Of a DNA stretch of 64,000 nucleotides, positions 22,518 through 34,152 are shown one piece after another. Where the stretch lies: the NCBI GenBank assembly GCA_001661245.1, contig KV454012.1:1910418-1974417 (forward strand), in the 5' to 3' direction. Below the pieces are notes generated by a model, which saw only the letters and a program-made list of their open reading frames with translations, searched no databases and was not told where the DNA came from. A program made the position numbers and the translations under genes. Source of the DNA: Pachysolen tannophilus NRRL Y-2460 (Eukaryota). The first letter of the stretch is position 1. Every line of letters begins with the position of its first letter.

Positions 22518-25190
22518 TTACCAATGTTTTACAGTAACGACGTAATCTTCAATGTTGAGTAAGAGTTTTTTAAAATCTTGCCTAGAGATATTCTCCTTCA
22601 GTAATATCATTTCAAGTGCGTTTCTACCATTAAAGTATTTGAGGAGTTTGTAAAATAGAGCAGTTACTTCGGGTGATTTATTTTGAACAATTTTACTGAT
22701 CCATCTTCTTTCTAAAGCAGTAGCTCTTGCTGGATCCAATAATATGGTATCTTCTTCTTCTCTTATTATTATTCTTTGGTTATTTTTGGTATTAGTTGAT
22801 TGTGTTTTTTTCTTTTGTTCATTAATGTTTGCAGAGTTATCAGTTATTAAATTATCAATATTTTTATCAGCGATATTATTCTTGTTATCTGCAATAGGAT
22901 TGTCCAAGATGCCATTTTTATTATTAATATTATCATTATTGTTGTTGTTGTTGCTATTATTATTACTATTGTTGACCTTATTTGTACCATTATTTTTATT
23001 TTTATCCATTGCTTTTTTAAAATTTTCAATTTCAATTTCTTCATCAACGGCAATCTTGATATTATTTGTGATTTTCAACCAAAGAAAAGTATGTAATTGA
23101 ATAACCCAACCACTCCTAATAAGCCACGCTAGAGCATCCAAATATAAATCTCTATGGTCTCTTGATGGAACTATTGAAGAATAAGGACGCGTTTTGGAGT
23201 GTTGATGTGATAATAATGATAAAAAAGCTGGTAAAGAAGGTAATGATGGAAATTCTTGTTTGAAATCATCCAGATCTTTATATAAACTTTTAATAGATGC
23301 CATTGGTGATATCACATAGACATTACGGGTATGTAATGGAGGTACAGCAATTGCCCGCCTCCAATAAACTAAATGATGACAAAATGATAATACTTGAGAT
23401 AATTCAAGTCCACTTATAGCTGATAATTTAACAAGATTTTCTGTAGGTTTAATTAATCTTATGAAATTGGCAATTATACTATCATTATCTGCTTGAATAT
23501 CTTTTATAATTGTTTCTGGATCATCTAAAAGTAATAATGCAAAAAATTTTACCATATCATTATCCGATTCGTTATCAATAGCGTCTTGTCTGTGCTCAAT
23601 ATTTGAATTTTTGAAAAAAGGATTGATAGAAGAAATATAAGACCCAGGCAAAACAGGTACAGTTAATGGTGGCAAAGATTGAAATTCATTACGAATTGGA
23701 ATCTGGAAAGATCTAATTTTCCCATTTATATCAACGTTTACAATTTCACTAGTTGAAATAGATTTAAAAGTTTGATAAATGATATTAGCCAAAGAAGATT
23801 TTTCAATAATTAATGACCAAAGTTCATTAATTGATAACTGATCTTGATTTTGTTCTTTTAACATCATGATCTTGTGAGCCTCTTCATATACGAAATTCGT
23901 CTTATCTTGTTCATATCTCAATACTAGTGATAATCTAGATGCCACAAAATGATACATTTCATCAACACGATGATTGTATTCAACAACAGGCGGATTCATC
24001 ACAAATACTATATGAAACATATTCATTGGACATTTTTCATCATCTTCCTTAATGTAGGTTTTTACTTCGTAATTATCGTTTGCTTCATCATTGCTATCTA
24101 TGTCCTCCCGGGTACTCATATTATTATCACTCTGTTGTTCTTTTCCTTCATCTTCTTCATTAGTCTCTATATGTTTTGTATCATCTTCAACATGATTATT
24201 AATATCATTATTTTCATCACCATTTCCCTTAATCTCCTTCAGTCGATCATTCTCACTTCCCAGAGATTTTCTACTATTTCCACTTTTCCTACTTCTCCTA
24301 CTGGAATATTTTTTCCTACTTTTAACTAACCTCCATCTACCATTATCATAAACATGAATTGGAAGACCTAAAAATGACATATCATCAATCGTTAATTCAA
24401 ATCTAGTGTTACATAATTTCTTTGGAGGTGTCACCATTTCACTTAAGAAATCTGTCTCAAATCCAAAAACTTTTTTAAGAGATCTTAACCCATTAATTGG
24501 TAAATTGGATCTATTATTCGTAGCATGAGAAGTAGTTCGTGAAACACGAGAAACATTATCAGCACCTTCAGATGTTGTAATTCCACCGCTATTCGATTTA
24601 GCAGAATTCAAACCTTGATGTATAGTCTTTTGGGCCTCACCAGAAGAAATATTATCATTAACAGCAGTAATATCACTACTATTATTGGTATTGGTATCAC
24701 TGTGATTCAGTAGAGTACTCTCCATATTCCTATTCATTATATTTTTAATCAATTTTGTCTTCTTACTTTCCTTTCTTTTCCTTTTCCTATCTTGTTCATC
24801 CAATATATCCAACAATGCTTTCCCACTTAAGTAGTTTTGATCATTATAATTTGAAGCTTGATGACTGTTAAAACTATTAGTTCTATGTGAGCCAGAAGTA
24901 AAATCCAATGATGATTGATTAGCAGAAGAAGACACAGTAGCATCGTCTTCACCATCATCCAGATCCAACCCACTATCTCCTTCTTCATAATCTTCGTCCT
25001 CCGAGGAAGACGATGATGATTCCACCGCTCCTGTGGTCTTCAAATAATCTTTTTGTTGAGCCAATGGAGTAGCTTTGTAACCGTATTCATTTGGCCTAGG
25101 AGGATAATGAAACAGTAACTGTGGCCCATCATGTGTTGATATTGTAAATAATATCCCTAGCAAACACGGATTAGGTAAATAGAGTGACAT
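22518..25190 (-). CDS. NPR3: SEACIT/GATOR1 subunit Npr3 (Rmd11)
   Basis: LPNPCLLGILFTISTHDGPQLLFHYPP, CNTRFELTIDDMSFLGLPIH, MFHIVFVMNPP, HLVYWRRAIAVPPL and DTILLDPARAT. Confidence 0.96.
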   Translation of the reverse strand: MSLYLPNPCLLGILFTISTHDGPQLLFHYPPRPNEYGYKATPLAQQKDYLKTTGAVESSSSSSEDEDYEEGDSGLDLDDGEDDATVSSSANQSSLDFTSGSHRTNSFNSHQASNYNDQNYLSGKALLDILDEQDRKRKRKESKKTKLIKNIMNRNMESTLLNHSDTNTNNSSDITAVNDNISSGEAQKTIHQGLNSAKSNSGGITTSEGADNVSRVSRTTSHATNNRSNLPINGLRSLKKVFGFETDFLSEMVTPPKKLCNTRFELTIDDMSFLGLPIHVYDNGRWRLVKSRKKYSSRRSRKSGNSRKSLGSENDRLKEIKGNGDENNDINNHVEDDTKHIETNEEDEGKEQQSDNNMSTREDIDSNDEANDNYEVKTYIKEDDEKCPMNMFHIVFVMNPPVVEYNHRVDEMYHFVASRLSLVLRYEQDKTNFVYEEAHKIMMLKEQNQDQLSINELWSLIIEKSSLANIIYQTFKSISTSEIVNVDINGKIRSFQIPIRNEFQSLPPLTVPVLPGSYISSINPFFKNSNIEHRQDAIDNESDNDMVKFFALLLLDDPETIIKDIQADNDSIIANFIRLIKPTENLVKLSAISGLELSQVLSFCHHLVYWRRAIAVPPLHTRNVYVISPMASIKSLYKDLDDFKQEFPSLPSLPAFLSLLSHQHSKTRPYSSIVPSRDHRDLYLDALAWLIRSGWVIQLHTFLWLKITNNIKIAVDEEIEIENFKKAMDKNKNNGTNKVNNSNNNSNNNNNNDNINNKNGILDNPIADNKNNIADKNIDNLITDNSANINEQKKKTQSTNTKNNQRIIIREEEDTILLDPARATALERRWISKIVQNKSPEVTALFYKLLKYFNGRNALEMILLKENISRQDFKKLLLNIEDYVVTVKHW

Positions 25191-25368
25191 AACCTAGTAT
25201 TCATTTGAATTGTATAAAATTGATGTTTTATGACTATTTCTTTATCTTCAATAAATAGTTGAAAAAAAAAAAGATTAAAAAAAAATTAAAGTGAGAAAAG
25301 AAATAGAAATTGTACAAGAGAATTTATATGACAATTACGAAAATCCAGGCTTGAAATATACATTGTGG

Positions 25369-26232
25369 ATGAATGATGGCCAGTCTTTAGCTAAGCTGTT
25401 GAGCTTGCAACAGTATACGGAGCTGGAGTTGCGACAGAAGCAAATAGAGAAAGAAGAGGAGCGGAAAAGAATATGCACAAAATGTCATAAAGATAGATCA
25501 TTAGAAATCAAGCAAGGTTCATTGATGTTGAAGTATTCTCAGTGTTCTCAGTGTAGGTCTCTGGAAAGAATACGGTATCACAAAAGACATGAGATTGGAA
25601 GTAAGGAATTAGATCTAGAGCTGAATTTTTTAAAGAAAATTCAAGGTGATTTTGAATTTTTTTTGAAATGTATTTCAACAAACTCTACTAATAATGTCTT
25701 GAAGTTGAAATTCACCAATAAGACAATAAATGAAATTATTGTTCCTCGTATTCATGGAGATGTACTTTTACATTATTTTCAACAAAAATTTGAAAAAAAA
25801 GATGATAATAACGAAAAAATTCGTAATGAATTTGATAAAGTCTTAATACAATCAGACATTAATTCTAAAAATCATGAAATAAATGGAAATTTATTCTTAT
25901 CAGATGTAAAAGAATCATTAAAAGTTCACTACATAAACAGAATCATTTTTTTATTGAAAAAAATTTGTCAATTTGAATTCAAATATCGTTCATCATCTTT
26001 GAAAAATTACAAGTATTATGTACAGTATCATTGTAGTAAAGATTTAAAATTTAAAAGAGATAAACTGATTGGTGATCAGAAGCGAAAAAAACATCATCAT
26101 CATCATCATCATGATAATGATTATTTAAATTGTTCTTCTCTGATATCCCTTAATTACGATCTAAGAAATGGGGATTTAAGTATCGAATTTAACCATTTGA
26201 ATCATGATAAAGTAGCTACCTATAAAGAATAA
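25369..26232 (+). CDS. Uncharacterised protein (287 aa) with an N-terminal CxxC..CxxC finger and a C-terminal C..C..HxxH (WRKY/GCM1/FAR1-like) module
   Basis: First in-frame ATG at 25369. Motifs CTKC...CSQCR and FEFKYRSS...YHCSKD...CSSLISLNYD...LSIEFNHLNH. Divergent from NPR3 with a 178-bp spacer. Confidence 0.7.
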   Translation: MNDGQSLAKLLSLQQYTELELRQKQIEKEEERKRICTKCHKDRSLEIKQGSLMLKYSQCSQCRSLERIRYHKRHEIGSKELDLELNFLKKIQGDFEFFLKCISTNSTNNVLKLKFTNKTINEIIVPRIHGDVLLHYFQQKFEKKDDNNEKIRNEFDKVLIQSDINSKNHEINGNLFLSDVKESLKVHYINRIIFLLKKICQFEFKYRSSSLKNYKYYVQYHCSKDLKFKRDKLIGDQKRKKHHHHHHHDNDYLNCSSLISLNYDLRNGDLSIEFNHLNHDKVATYKE

Positions 26233-26666
26233 TAACATGTAATAATAATGTATATATATATTTATGTACATATATACGCATAATTTTGTATATTGACAAG
26301 AAACTTTTTATTATTGAAAACATAAATATCATTGTTCATATTGAAAAGAGGGAATATGGTGGTGGTAACTATAAAATCATGAAAATAGAAACAAGAAAAC
26401 ACCAAAAATCAAAATTAAATTAAAAAAAAAAAAAAAGGGTAAAATAAAATAAAAATTAGATATTACTTAAATAAAAATCGAAGGCAACCCCATTTTTCCA
26501 CTTCATGTGGAGGTGTAATCAAAAGACGAGTCTATTGTAAAACAAAAGAACTAAAACACAACGTGGTAACTAACAAACTATGAAACAGAGATAAGAAAAA
26601 CCAGACTAAAAGAAAAAAAAGATAAAAAGATAAAAAAAAAAAATTGTTTATTTTTTCTTTTTAAAT

Positions 26667-28133
26667 TTATTTTTCTCTCTTTTCGTCATTAGCTTCATCA
26701 CCGGATCCAATATCTGGAGTCTGGCTTGAAGTATCTGCAGCCTTAATAGTTTCTGGATCGTGTTCTTGTGTTGAGCGTATTGGTTCGGTAATGTACATTT
26801 CTGATTCCTGGTAAGTGAATTCACCAATTTGTGCTGCATCAGTACCAGCTTCTTCTTCTTCTTCATCCAATCTAATTTTCAAGAAAGGAATTCTGTTAAA
26901 TGTTAATAATAAGATTGCAGTAACAATGGTACTCCATAAGAAGATTGAAGTACAAGCAGCTAATTGATAACCTAATTGTTTATAGAAATGATTAATCCAA
27001 CCACCATTGATGACAGTAGCACCATCAGTAGCTGCAACGTAATCTGCAGCAAATAAACCAGTTAATACACTTCCAACAAATCCACCAATACCATGAAGAG
27101 CAAAGACATCCATACCATCATCAATATGTAATAATTCTTTTAAATCAACACCAAAATTACAAGCAACAGCTGTGACAACACCAATTGGAACGGCAAAATA
27201 AACTGGAACAAAACCAGCACCTGGAGTGATACCAACCAAACCTGCAATTGCACCTGAGCACATACCAACTGTTGTCCATTTCTTACCACAACGGAAGTAA
27301 TCAACAAACATCCAAGCTAAACCACCACAAGCAGCAGCCAAATTTGTATTAACATTAGCATAATATGATCTAATAGTGGCGTTACCAGTACTACCACCAT
27401 TGAAACCAAACCAACCAAACCAAAGGAAAACTGTACCCAATACAACAGAAGTAACAGAATGAGGTCTATATTTTGGTAAACCTCTTTGAGTAATTGGATC
27501 TTTTCTCTTACCACAGATAAGAGCATAAACTAAAGCACCATAACCTGAAGTTTGATGGACTGGTCCACCACCTGCAAAATCAAGAGCACCTAATGTATAT
27601 AACCAACCATTAGCATTCCAAGTCCATTCAGCAATTGGACAATAAACAATTGTAATCCAACAAAAGAGGAAAACCATCATTGGACCCAATCTTGCTCTTT
27701 CAGCGGCACCACCAAGCATTAAAATACCTGTAACACATGCAAACATACCTTGGAAAAATACAAAATCAATTTCTGGAATCAATGTTGAAGATGGAGATGG
27801 AGCACCCAATACTTCTTTTAAAGAGAAATTTTTCATAGTACCTAAAAAACATGAAGCATCAGAAGCAAAAGCTAAAGAATAACCCCAAAAAAACCATTGA
27901 AAAGAAACTAAACATGCAACCATCATTGAAGCCCATAAAAGTGATAAAGCATGTTTTTTTCTAGCTAAACCAGAATATAAAAGTCCAATACCAGGAACCA
28001 TAATCCAAACTAAAGCACCCGATACAGCAACCCAAGCCATATCGGCTTTATCAAATTGTTCATTTAAATCAACTTCTAAAGAATTACCACCGGTTCCAGT
28101 ACCGGTGATACCTGAAGGTAATGCTGTACTCAT
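26667..28133 (-). CDS. MEP2: High-affinity ammonium permease/transceptor (Amt/Mep)
   Basis: GTGTGGNSL..DLN.QF N-terminus, DFAGGGPVH and ALHGIGG (twin His), FLWFGWFGFNGGS and GTDAAQIGEFTY...EPIRS, all Mep2-type. Several GATAA/TTATC sites lie upstream (about 28246-28430). Confidence 0.96.
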   Translation of the reverse strand: MSTALPSGITGTGTGGNSLEVDLNEQFDKADMAWVAVSGALVWIMVPGIGLLYSGLARKKHALSLLWASMMVACLVSFQWFFWGYSLAFASDASCFLGTMKNFSLKEVLGAPSPSSTLIPEIDFVFFQGMFACVTGILMLGGAAERARLGPMMVFLFCWITIVYCPIAEWTWNANGWLYTLGALDFAGGGPVHQTSGYGALVYALICGKRKDPITQRGLPKYRPHSVTSVVLGTVFLWFGWFGFNGGSTGNATIRSYYANVNTNLAAACGGLAWMFVDYFRCGKKWTTVGMCSGAIAGLVGITPGAGFVPVYFAVPIGVVTAVACNFGVDLKELLHIDDGMDVFALHGIGGFVGSVLTGLFAADYVAATDGATVINGGWINHFYKQLGYQLAACTSIFLWSTIVTAILLLTFNRIPFLKIRLDEEEEEAGTDAAQIGEFTYQESEMYITEPIRSTQEHDPETIKAADTSSQTPDIGSGDEANDEKREK

Positions 28134-30038
28134 TTTTTTTTTCTTCTCTCTTCTCTCTTACCCTTCTCTTTTATGTTTTAAATTTCAATTTGATAGAATC
28201 AAAATGAAAAAAAAAAAAAGAATAAAAAATTCAGACTAAGATTAGATAAAGTATAAATAAATAGAAAAAGAAAAAGAAAAATAAAAAGAAGAAAAAAAAA
28301 AAAAAAAAAAGAAAAGCTAAACCTCAATTTGAAGGTGATATTGAAAAGTATAAATACTCCTTCCTAATATTTATCAACATACATATGAAAACTCGTTCTA
28401 TGTCATCTGTATCTTATCCTATTTAGATAACTAGTTCTTTATGGGTGGTAAAAGAAAACTTAAAAAAAAAAAGAAAGAAAAAAAATTTTTTTTCTTTTTT
28501 TTCTCTTTCTTTTAAAATTAAAGCCTTATATGATTCTTGTGTATCAATAAAAAACGTCTTTGATTAAACTAAGATATCAAATAACAAATTGGCCTCTTAA
28601 ATTGCAAGAATAGTTATTATCAGTTGGAAAATTTTTTGTACCCAGAAATATATGCAAGTATTCAATTGTTTATTGTACATAAAAGGACATATTATGCAGT
28701 AAAGATAGGGTCAGAAGATGACCGTGGAAACATGAATTCGCGAGAAGCTTGGCTCCAGAACTACATAAATGGAAACGCAAAAAAAAAAAAGCAAAACCGC
28801 CGCTGGAAAGATAGATAGCGCGAATTAGATATGTATCTGCAGGATATGCGAGAAAGAGAAAGAAAGAAAATAAAAAAAACCCTATAGTGGAAAGAGGAAA
28901 ACAAAATAACACTGTATATGATGCAGATATTGTGTGATTACAAGAGTTTTTGAACTAGTGTGTGTATGAGCATATTAATATGGACTATGCACTAGTAATG
29001 TATCGTTGGTCCAATTGGGAATGCCAATTGGGATTAACCAATTGGAGAATGAACCAATTCCCACGCAATAGTATTCCCCACCACCACTTCTAGCACCACC
29101 ACTATATATATATATTTTATTTAATTCTATTGTTCTAGCTAGACTTTCGCGAATTAATGTAAAATGTGTCAAAATGAGGAAATTACTTGCAGATGTAGAT
29201 TTGTAAACTTTTAATATGTGTTTAGTTTTAATAGTGAAAAAAAAGGAGGAATTAGGAGGATTACATAAGCCTGATATCAAAATAGCGAGAAGCGAAAATT
29301 ACAAAAAAAAAATTAAAACCTTAATTTGACTTGGACGTGCATGTTTTTTTTTGATGAGTAAGTAGTAATAAGTTTCGCGAATACGTAATGCTATGCGGAA
29401 TTTTTTTTTTAAAATTTGAATTTGAATTTGACACATAGCGATAAACTTGTTGTTAAATTGTGATTGGATAGATTACAGTTACTGATAAGAAACCAACCAG
29501 TTGAAATCTTTAACGAAACTAATTTACATACATATTATGCCATTTTTTTTTTTTATTAAAACATTTCGGAATATTATTTTCTGGAAATATATTCAAACGT
29601 TTGTTAAAATTGAATTGACAGTTAGTTTAGAGTGCTTTCCTTCTATATAGTGAAAATTAAATTCTTTATCAAAACTTTTCTCTTTATATGAATCATTCCA
29701 CTAAACCCAATTCTATTATCAGTTAATCAATTTACTCTTAACTATAAATCTGTATTATATACATATGTATACATATGTATATAAAAATGCCAATTATTAG
29801 GGCCTATATCGGCTTTTTTTGTTTGCTTGTTTGTTTGTTTGATACCGGAATTACAAATTACACTTTAATTTTTCTTCTTTTTTTTTTTTAGTTCTTAACG
29901 CCCCTATTGATCTTTCAAAAAAAATAAATAAAAAAAAAAAAAAAAGGAAATAATCGCTTTTTCATGCTTTAATCTATCTACTATCTCTTTTTTTATGAAA
30001 ATATATTTTATAAAGTCGTGCGCTAGCACAATATAACT

Positions 30039-30110
30039 GCCGTTATGGCCAAGTGGTAAGGCACCGCACTTGTAATGCGGCGATCCGCGGTTCAATCCCG
30101 CGTGACGGCA
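30039..30110 (+). tRNA. tRNA-Thr(UGU), intronless, 72 nt
   Basis: Acceptor stem GCCGTTA/TGACGGC; D arm GCC-AAGTGGTAA-GGC; anticodon arm CCGCA-CT TGT AA-TGCGG; T arm CGCGG-TTCAATC-CCGCG; T-runs downstream. Confidence 0.97.
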
Positions 30111-30393
30111 AAAAAATTTTTATTTTTATTTTTTATTTTGTTAGAGACAAAAAAGGTAGTGTACTTTTGTATTAATTGAAACCTCTTTTTTTTTTTTTTT
30201 TACTTTCTTTCTTTCTTTCTTAATGCTGCTCTCTTTTTGTATATGATGATGCAGATGTAGTAATAATAATAGTAAATAGTAATAAAACATAAAGTAAAAT
30301 TGTTTAATGTTTATAATACACAATTAATCAATTTTTTTCTTTTTCTTTTTCTTTTTTCTTTTGCTTTAGACAATTAGTATTTTAGAATTTTAA

Positions 30394-32280
30394 ATGTCAT
30401 TCAATGAAATATCGGAAGAAAATAATAATCCTTTTTCTTCTGGGATCAATGATGCTGATCAATTTAGCGATTTGCCACTAGATGATGAAGAGGATAATGG
30501 ATTGAACAATAGTACTTTGATATCTGCAGATAATACCAAGAACGGCAATAACGACAATAACCGCGATAGTCATGATATTTGTAATAATAGTGGTAATACC
30601 GGTAATATTGATAATAATAATAAGAGACTGGAATCTATAAATGGTGGAGAAGAAGAACAAGAAGAAGAAAAAATTGTTAATGATATTTTTAATCATAGAA
30701 ATGAAAATATGAATATTGAAAAATTATTTTCACAAAGAATTGAAGAAATTTTTATTAATAATCCAAGTCCAAAAAATTTACAAGTATCTATTATTGATGC
30801 TTCAAAATCAAATGAAAATGATCATCCAACAACTAGTAGATCTTATATTGTTTATACAATAAAAGTTGCTGATGATCTTATAGTTAAAAGACGTTATAGT
30901 GAATTTGAAAATTTAAGAAATATCTTAATAAAATTATTTCCAACAAAGATTATACCGCCAATTCCTGAAAAACAATCATTAACTTCAAATTTATCATTAA
31001 GTGGTGTTACTTCAACTACTTCTTCATTGGCTCATACAAGTATTAATAATGATAATAAAAAAAAACATGTTGATTTAGATTCTTCAAAAAATTATATTGA
31101 ATATAGAAGAAGAATGTTAACAAGTTTTTTAAATAGATGTTTAAGAATTGATGAAATTAGAGAAAATTTTGTCTTTTTAACATTTTTAGATCCTCATCCA
31201 AATTTTACTGAATTTATATGTTCTAATGAAATTGGAAAATTGAATAAAACTTCAATTTATAGATTATCTCCAGTGGATCCTTTATCAAAAATAAATGATG
31301 AATTATATTTGACATTACCAATTCCATCTGATCATCAATTTGTTAATGGATTACAAGAGGATGAAAATAAAGAACAACTGGAAATGTTTAATAAATTTGA
31401 ATCAAAATTTAAAGATTATGAATTAATTTTATCAAATATTTCAAAAATAAATAAAAGTATTGTAAAACATTTAAGTGATGTTTCAAATGATTTTACAGAA
31501 TTAGGTTCAAATTTTAATTCTTTATCTTTTGAAGAATCATCTTCAAATTTAGTTGAAAAATTTGGTCAAGTTCATGATTCAAGTTTTTTAGATATTAATT
31601 TATTAAAAAATTTAATAAATTTAAAATTTATTGAAAAAATTAATGAATTAAAAAATTTTATTAAAATTATTAGAAATTTAATAGAATTTAACAAAAGAAA
31701 ATGGTTACAATTATTAGGTATTGTAAAAATGATTTCTCAAACAGAAGAAATTTTAAAAGATTTTGAAAAAATTGAAAGTCAAAGTAAAAAAATTGATGAT
31801 GCTTTATCCAAATCTTCAATTTTAAACCCACCTGGGAAGGAAAGTAAAAATAATAAGATTTCTCAAGCTGAACCTTTGGAAGAAGATATGGAACAAGAAT
31901 TGATCAATCAATTATCTGAATCAAATCCAACTGTAAATACTGCTCAAACATCAACTACATCAAATAAACTTTTTGGGTATAAGATTCCAGGTTTGAAAAA
32001 ATTTAGCAATGTTTTACAATCGATGACAGATACAAACCCAGAGTTGACAAGAAAACAAACTATAACCAGAACAAAATTAAAAGTTTTGACATTGCATAAA
32101 CAATTTAACTTAATTAACAATGACAATAAATTTATAAATGAAAAAATTAATGAAGAATTGAAAAATTTTCAATTCTGGTTTAAGTTAGAGTTAAACAACT
32201 TGTGTTATAATTACAATAATGATCTAAAAGAATTCTTGAATAAAAACTATGAAAGTTGGGAAGAATTGAATGTTTCTTGA
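30394..32280 (+). CDS. ATG20: PX-BAR sorting nexin of the Atg20/Snx41 family
   Basis: PX domain VKRRYSEFENLRNILIKLFPTKIIPPIPEKQS...RRRMLTSFLNRCL...FLDP, then PVDPL...LPIP and a helical BAR region. Atg20 versus Snx41 is not firmly resolved. Confidence 0.72.
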   Translation: MSFNEISEENNNPFSSGINDADQFSDLPLDDEEDNGLNNSTLISADNTKNGNNDNNRDSHDICNNSGNTGNIDNNNKRLESINGGEEEQEEEKIVNDIFNHRNENMNIEKLFSQRIEEIFINNPSPKNLQVSIIDASKSNENDHPTTSRSYIVYTIKVADDLIVKRRYSEFENLRNILIKLFPTKIIPPIPEKQSLTSNLSLSGVTSTTSSLAHTSINNDNKKKHVDLDSSKNYIEYRRRMLTSFLNRCLRIDEIRENFVFLTFLDPHPNFTEFICSNEIGKLNKTSIYRLSPVDPLSKINDELYLTLPIPSDHQFVNGLQEDENKEQLEMFNKFESKFKDYELILSNISKINKSIVKHLSDVSNDFTELGSNFNSLSFEESSSNLVEKFGQVHDSSFLDINLLKNLINLKFIEKINELKNFIKIIRNLIEFNKRKWLQLLGIVKMISQTEEILKDFEKIESQSKKIDDALSKSSILNPPGKESKNNKISQAEPLEEDMEQELINQLSESNPTVNTAQTSTTSNKLFGYKIPGLKKFSNVLQSMTDTNPELTRKQTITRTKLKVLTLHKQFNLINNDNKFINEKINEELKNFQFWFKLELNNLCYNYNNDLKEFLNKNYESWEELNVS

Positions 32281-32395
32281 AAGGAAAAGGAGAAAAAAGA
32301 TATATATATATATATATTTATATATGTCATGTACATTTTATTGGAAGTATTGGTGTTAATATTTGTGTTTATTCTTTATTATTATTATTATTATT

Positions 32396-32404
32396 AGTAA
32401 TAGC

Positions 32405-32440
<36 letters not shown>
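32396..32440. repeat. (GTA)n microsatellite
   Basis: agtagtagtagt... tract between ATG20 and DUN1. Confidence 0.85.
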
Positions 32441-32441
<1 letters not shown>

Positions 32442-32528
32442 TTACAATTGAAGACTTTCTGGCATAGTACTAATGGTATTTTGATGATAACCTTTTATCA
32501 AGATTTGTTTAATTAATGAATTATTTTT

Positions 32529-32534
32529 ACGCGT
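32529..32534. promoter_or_regulatory. MCB (MBF) element
   Basis: ACGCGT about 120 bp upstream of the DUN1 ATG, consistent with a G1/S and DNA-damage gene. Confidence 0.6.
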
Positions 32535-32650
32535 AAACTCGTAGTATTTAAGAAAAAAATATGTTTACCTTTCAGATTTTATACGACTATACTAATTAAT
32601 AAAGTCAGTTCAATTTTTAGTTGGACAATATAGATTTAAGGCTTGTAAGA

Positions 32651-34152
32651 ATGGTTGAGTTGAATAGGAAAAGAGTAAGTTGATTAGTTAATTGTTATTA
32701 TTGTTGATTATTATTATTACTAACTGCAATTTTTAGAACAATGATCTGCTGATTTCAAGTCAGGAAAAACTCATAGTGAAGAAGCAACGATTTGATTCCA
32801 TTGTTAAAGAGGTTGCTGTGCTATTCAATCTTAATACTTCTGGTTCTGATATAAGGATAACATCTGATAAACAAGTTTTATTGCTTGGAAGGAGTAGTCA
32901 TTGTGACATTAAATTTGATAGTCCTGACGTTTCATCGAAACATTGTTCAATAGAGATAACACAAATATATACTGCATCTGTTATAAGATACAACTTGACA
33001 ATAACGGATTTAAGCTCTAACGGTACTTTTATTAACTCTGTGTTATTGGGGAGAGGAAATACTCACTTGTTGAAGTCGGGTGATGAGATAACGATTGCTC
33101 AGAGTGGTAACAAGTATATATTTAGATACCTTTCAGAGGTAAAGGGTAAGAATTCAAATTATATCATTGGAAAAAAATTAGGTTCTGGACATTATGCTGA
33201 TGTTAAAGAGGCCATAAATAGAGTTACAGGTGAAGTGGTGGCTATAAAAATATTTCATCCTAATAACAAAAATGATTACTTGAAGGAATTAAAACAGGAA
33301 TTACAAGTGTTGATGTCAATATCTCATCCGAATATTGTGAAATTCCATGATACTTTCACAGAATCTTTGGATAATTATACTCAAACTACATGTTTGGTAT
33401 TGGAAAAAGTAAATGGAGGAGAATTATTCCAAAGAATTGTGGATAAGCAAAAATTGAGGGAAAATGAAACTATTGCTTTATTTAAACAATTGTTACAAGG
33501 GCTAGGTTACTTACATTCCAGAAATATTATACACAGAGATTTAAAACCTGAAAATATTTTACTCGAGATAAAACCTAGAAGATCACTTTCAGAAACTCAG
33601 TCTGGTCCTTGGGATTCGAATGAACTAGATGTTCAAGTTAAAATTGCAGATTTTGGGTTGGCTAAATTTATTGGTGAGTTTAATTTTACAAACACTCTAT
33701 GTGGTACTCCTGCTTACGTTGCTCCAGAAGTTTTACAGAAAACACGAAAATATAATAAAGCAGTTGATTTATGGTCATTAGGTGTTTTGCTATATGTATG
33801 CCTTTGTGGATTTCCTCCATTTTCTGAAGAACTAGGTCCTCCTTCTATGAGACAGCAAATATTATCAGGTAAATTTGCATTTTTTTCACCTTATTGGGAT
33901 CCAATATCAGATTTTGCCCTAGATTTAATTACAAGATTATTAGTTGTTGATCCTACAAAGAGGTTAGATGTAAATCAAACACTGAATCACATATGGTTTA
34001 CTGAAAATAAAAATGAAAATAAAATTTCTGAAGCAACAAGGCAACTAAGTGTTACAAGATTGACGAAAAAAGATACAGTCCCACTCACTTTAAAGGAAAG
34101 AGTAGAAACTGCGATGGCCATTGATAATGTTGAAAAAGACAATAATAAATAA
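32651..34152 (+). CDS. DUN1: FHA-domain DNA-damage checkpoint kinase Dun1, join(32651..32674,32737..34152), 479 aa
   Basis: Exon 1 MVELNRKR; 62-nt intron GTAAGT..TACTAAC..TAG; FHA domain (GRSSHCD, SSKH, SSNGTFIN); kinase with LGSGHYA and the Dun1-specific insert GPWDSNELDVQVKIADFGLAKF. Confidence 0.95.
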
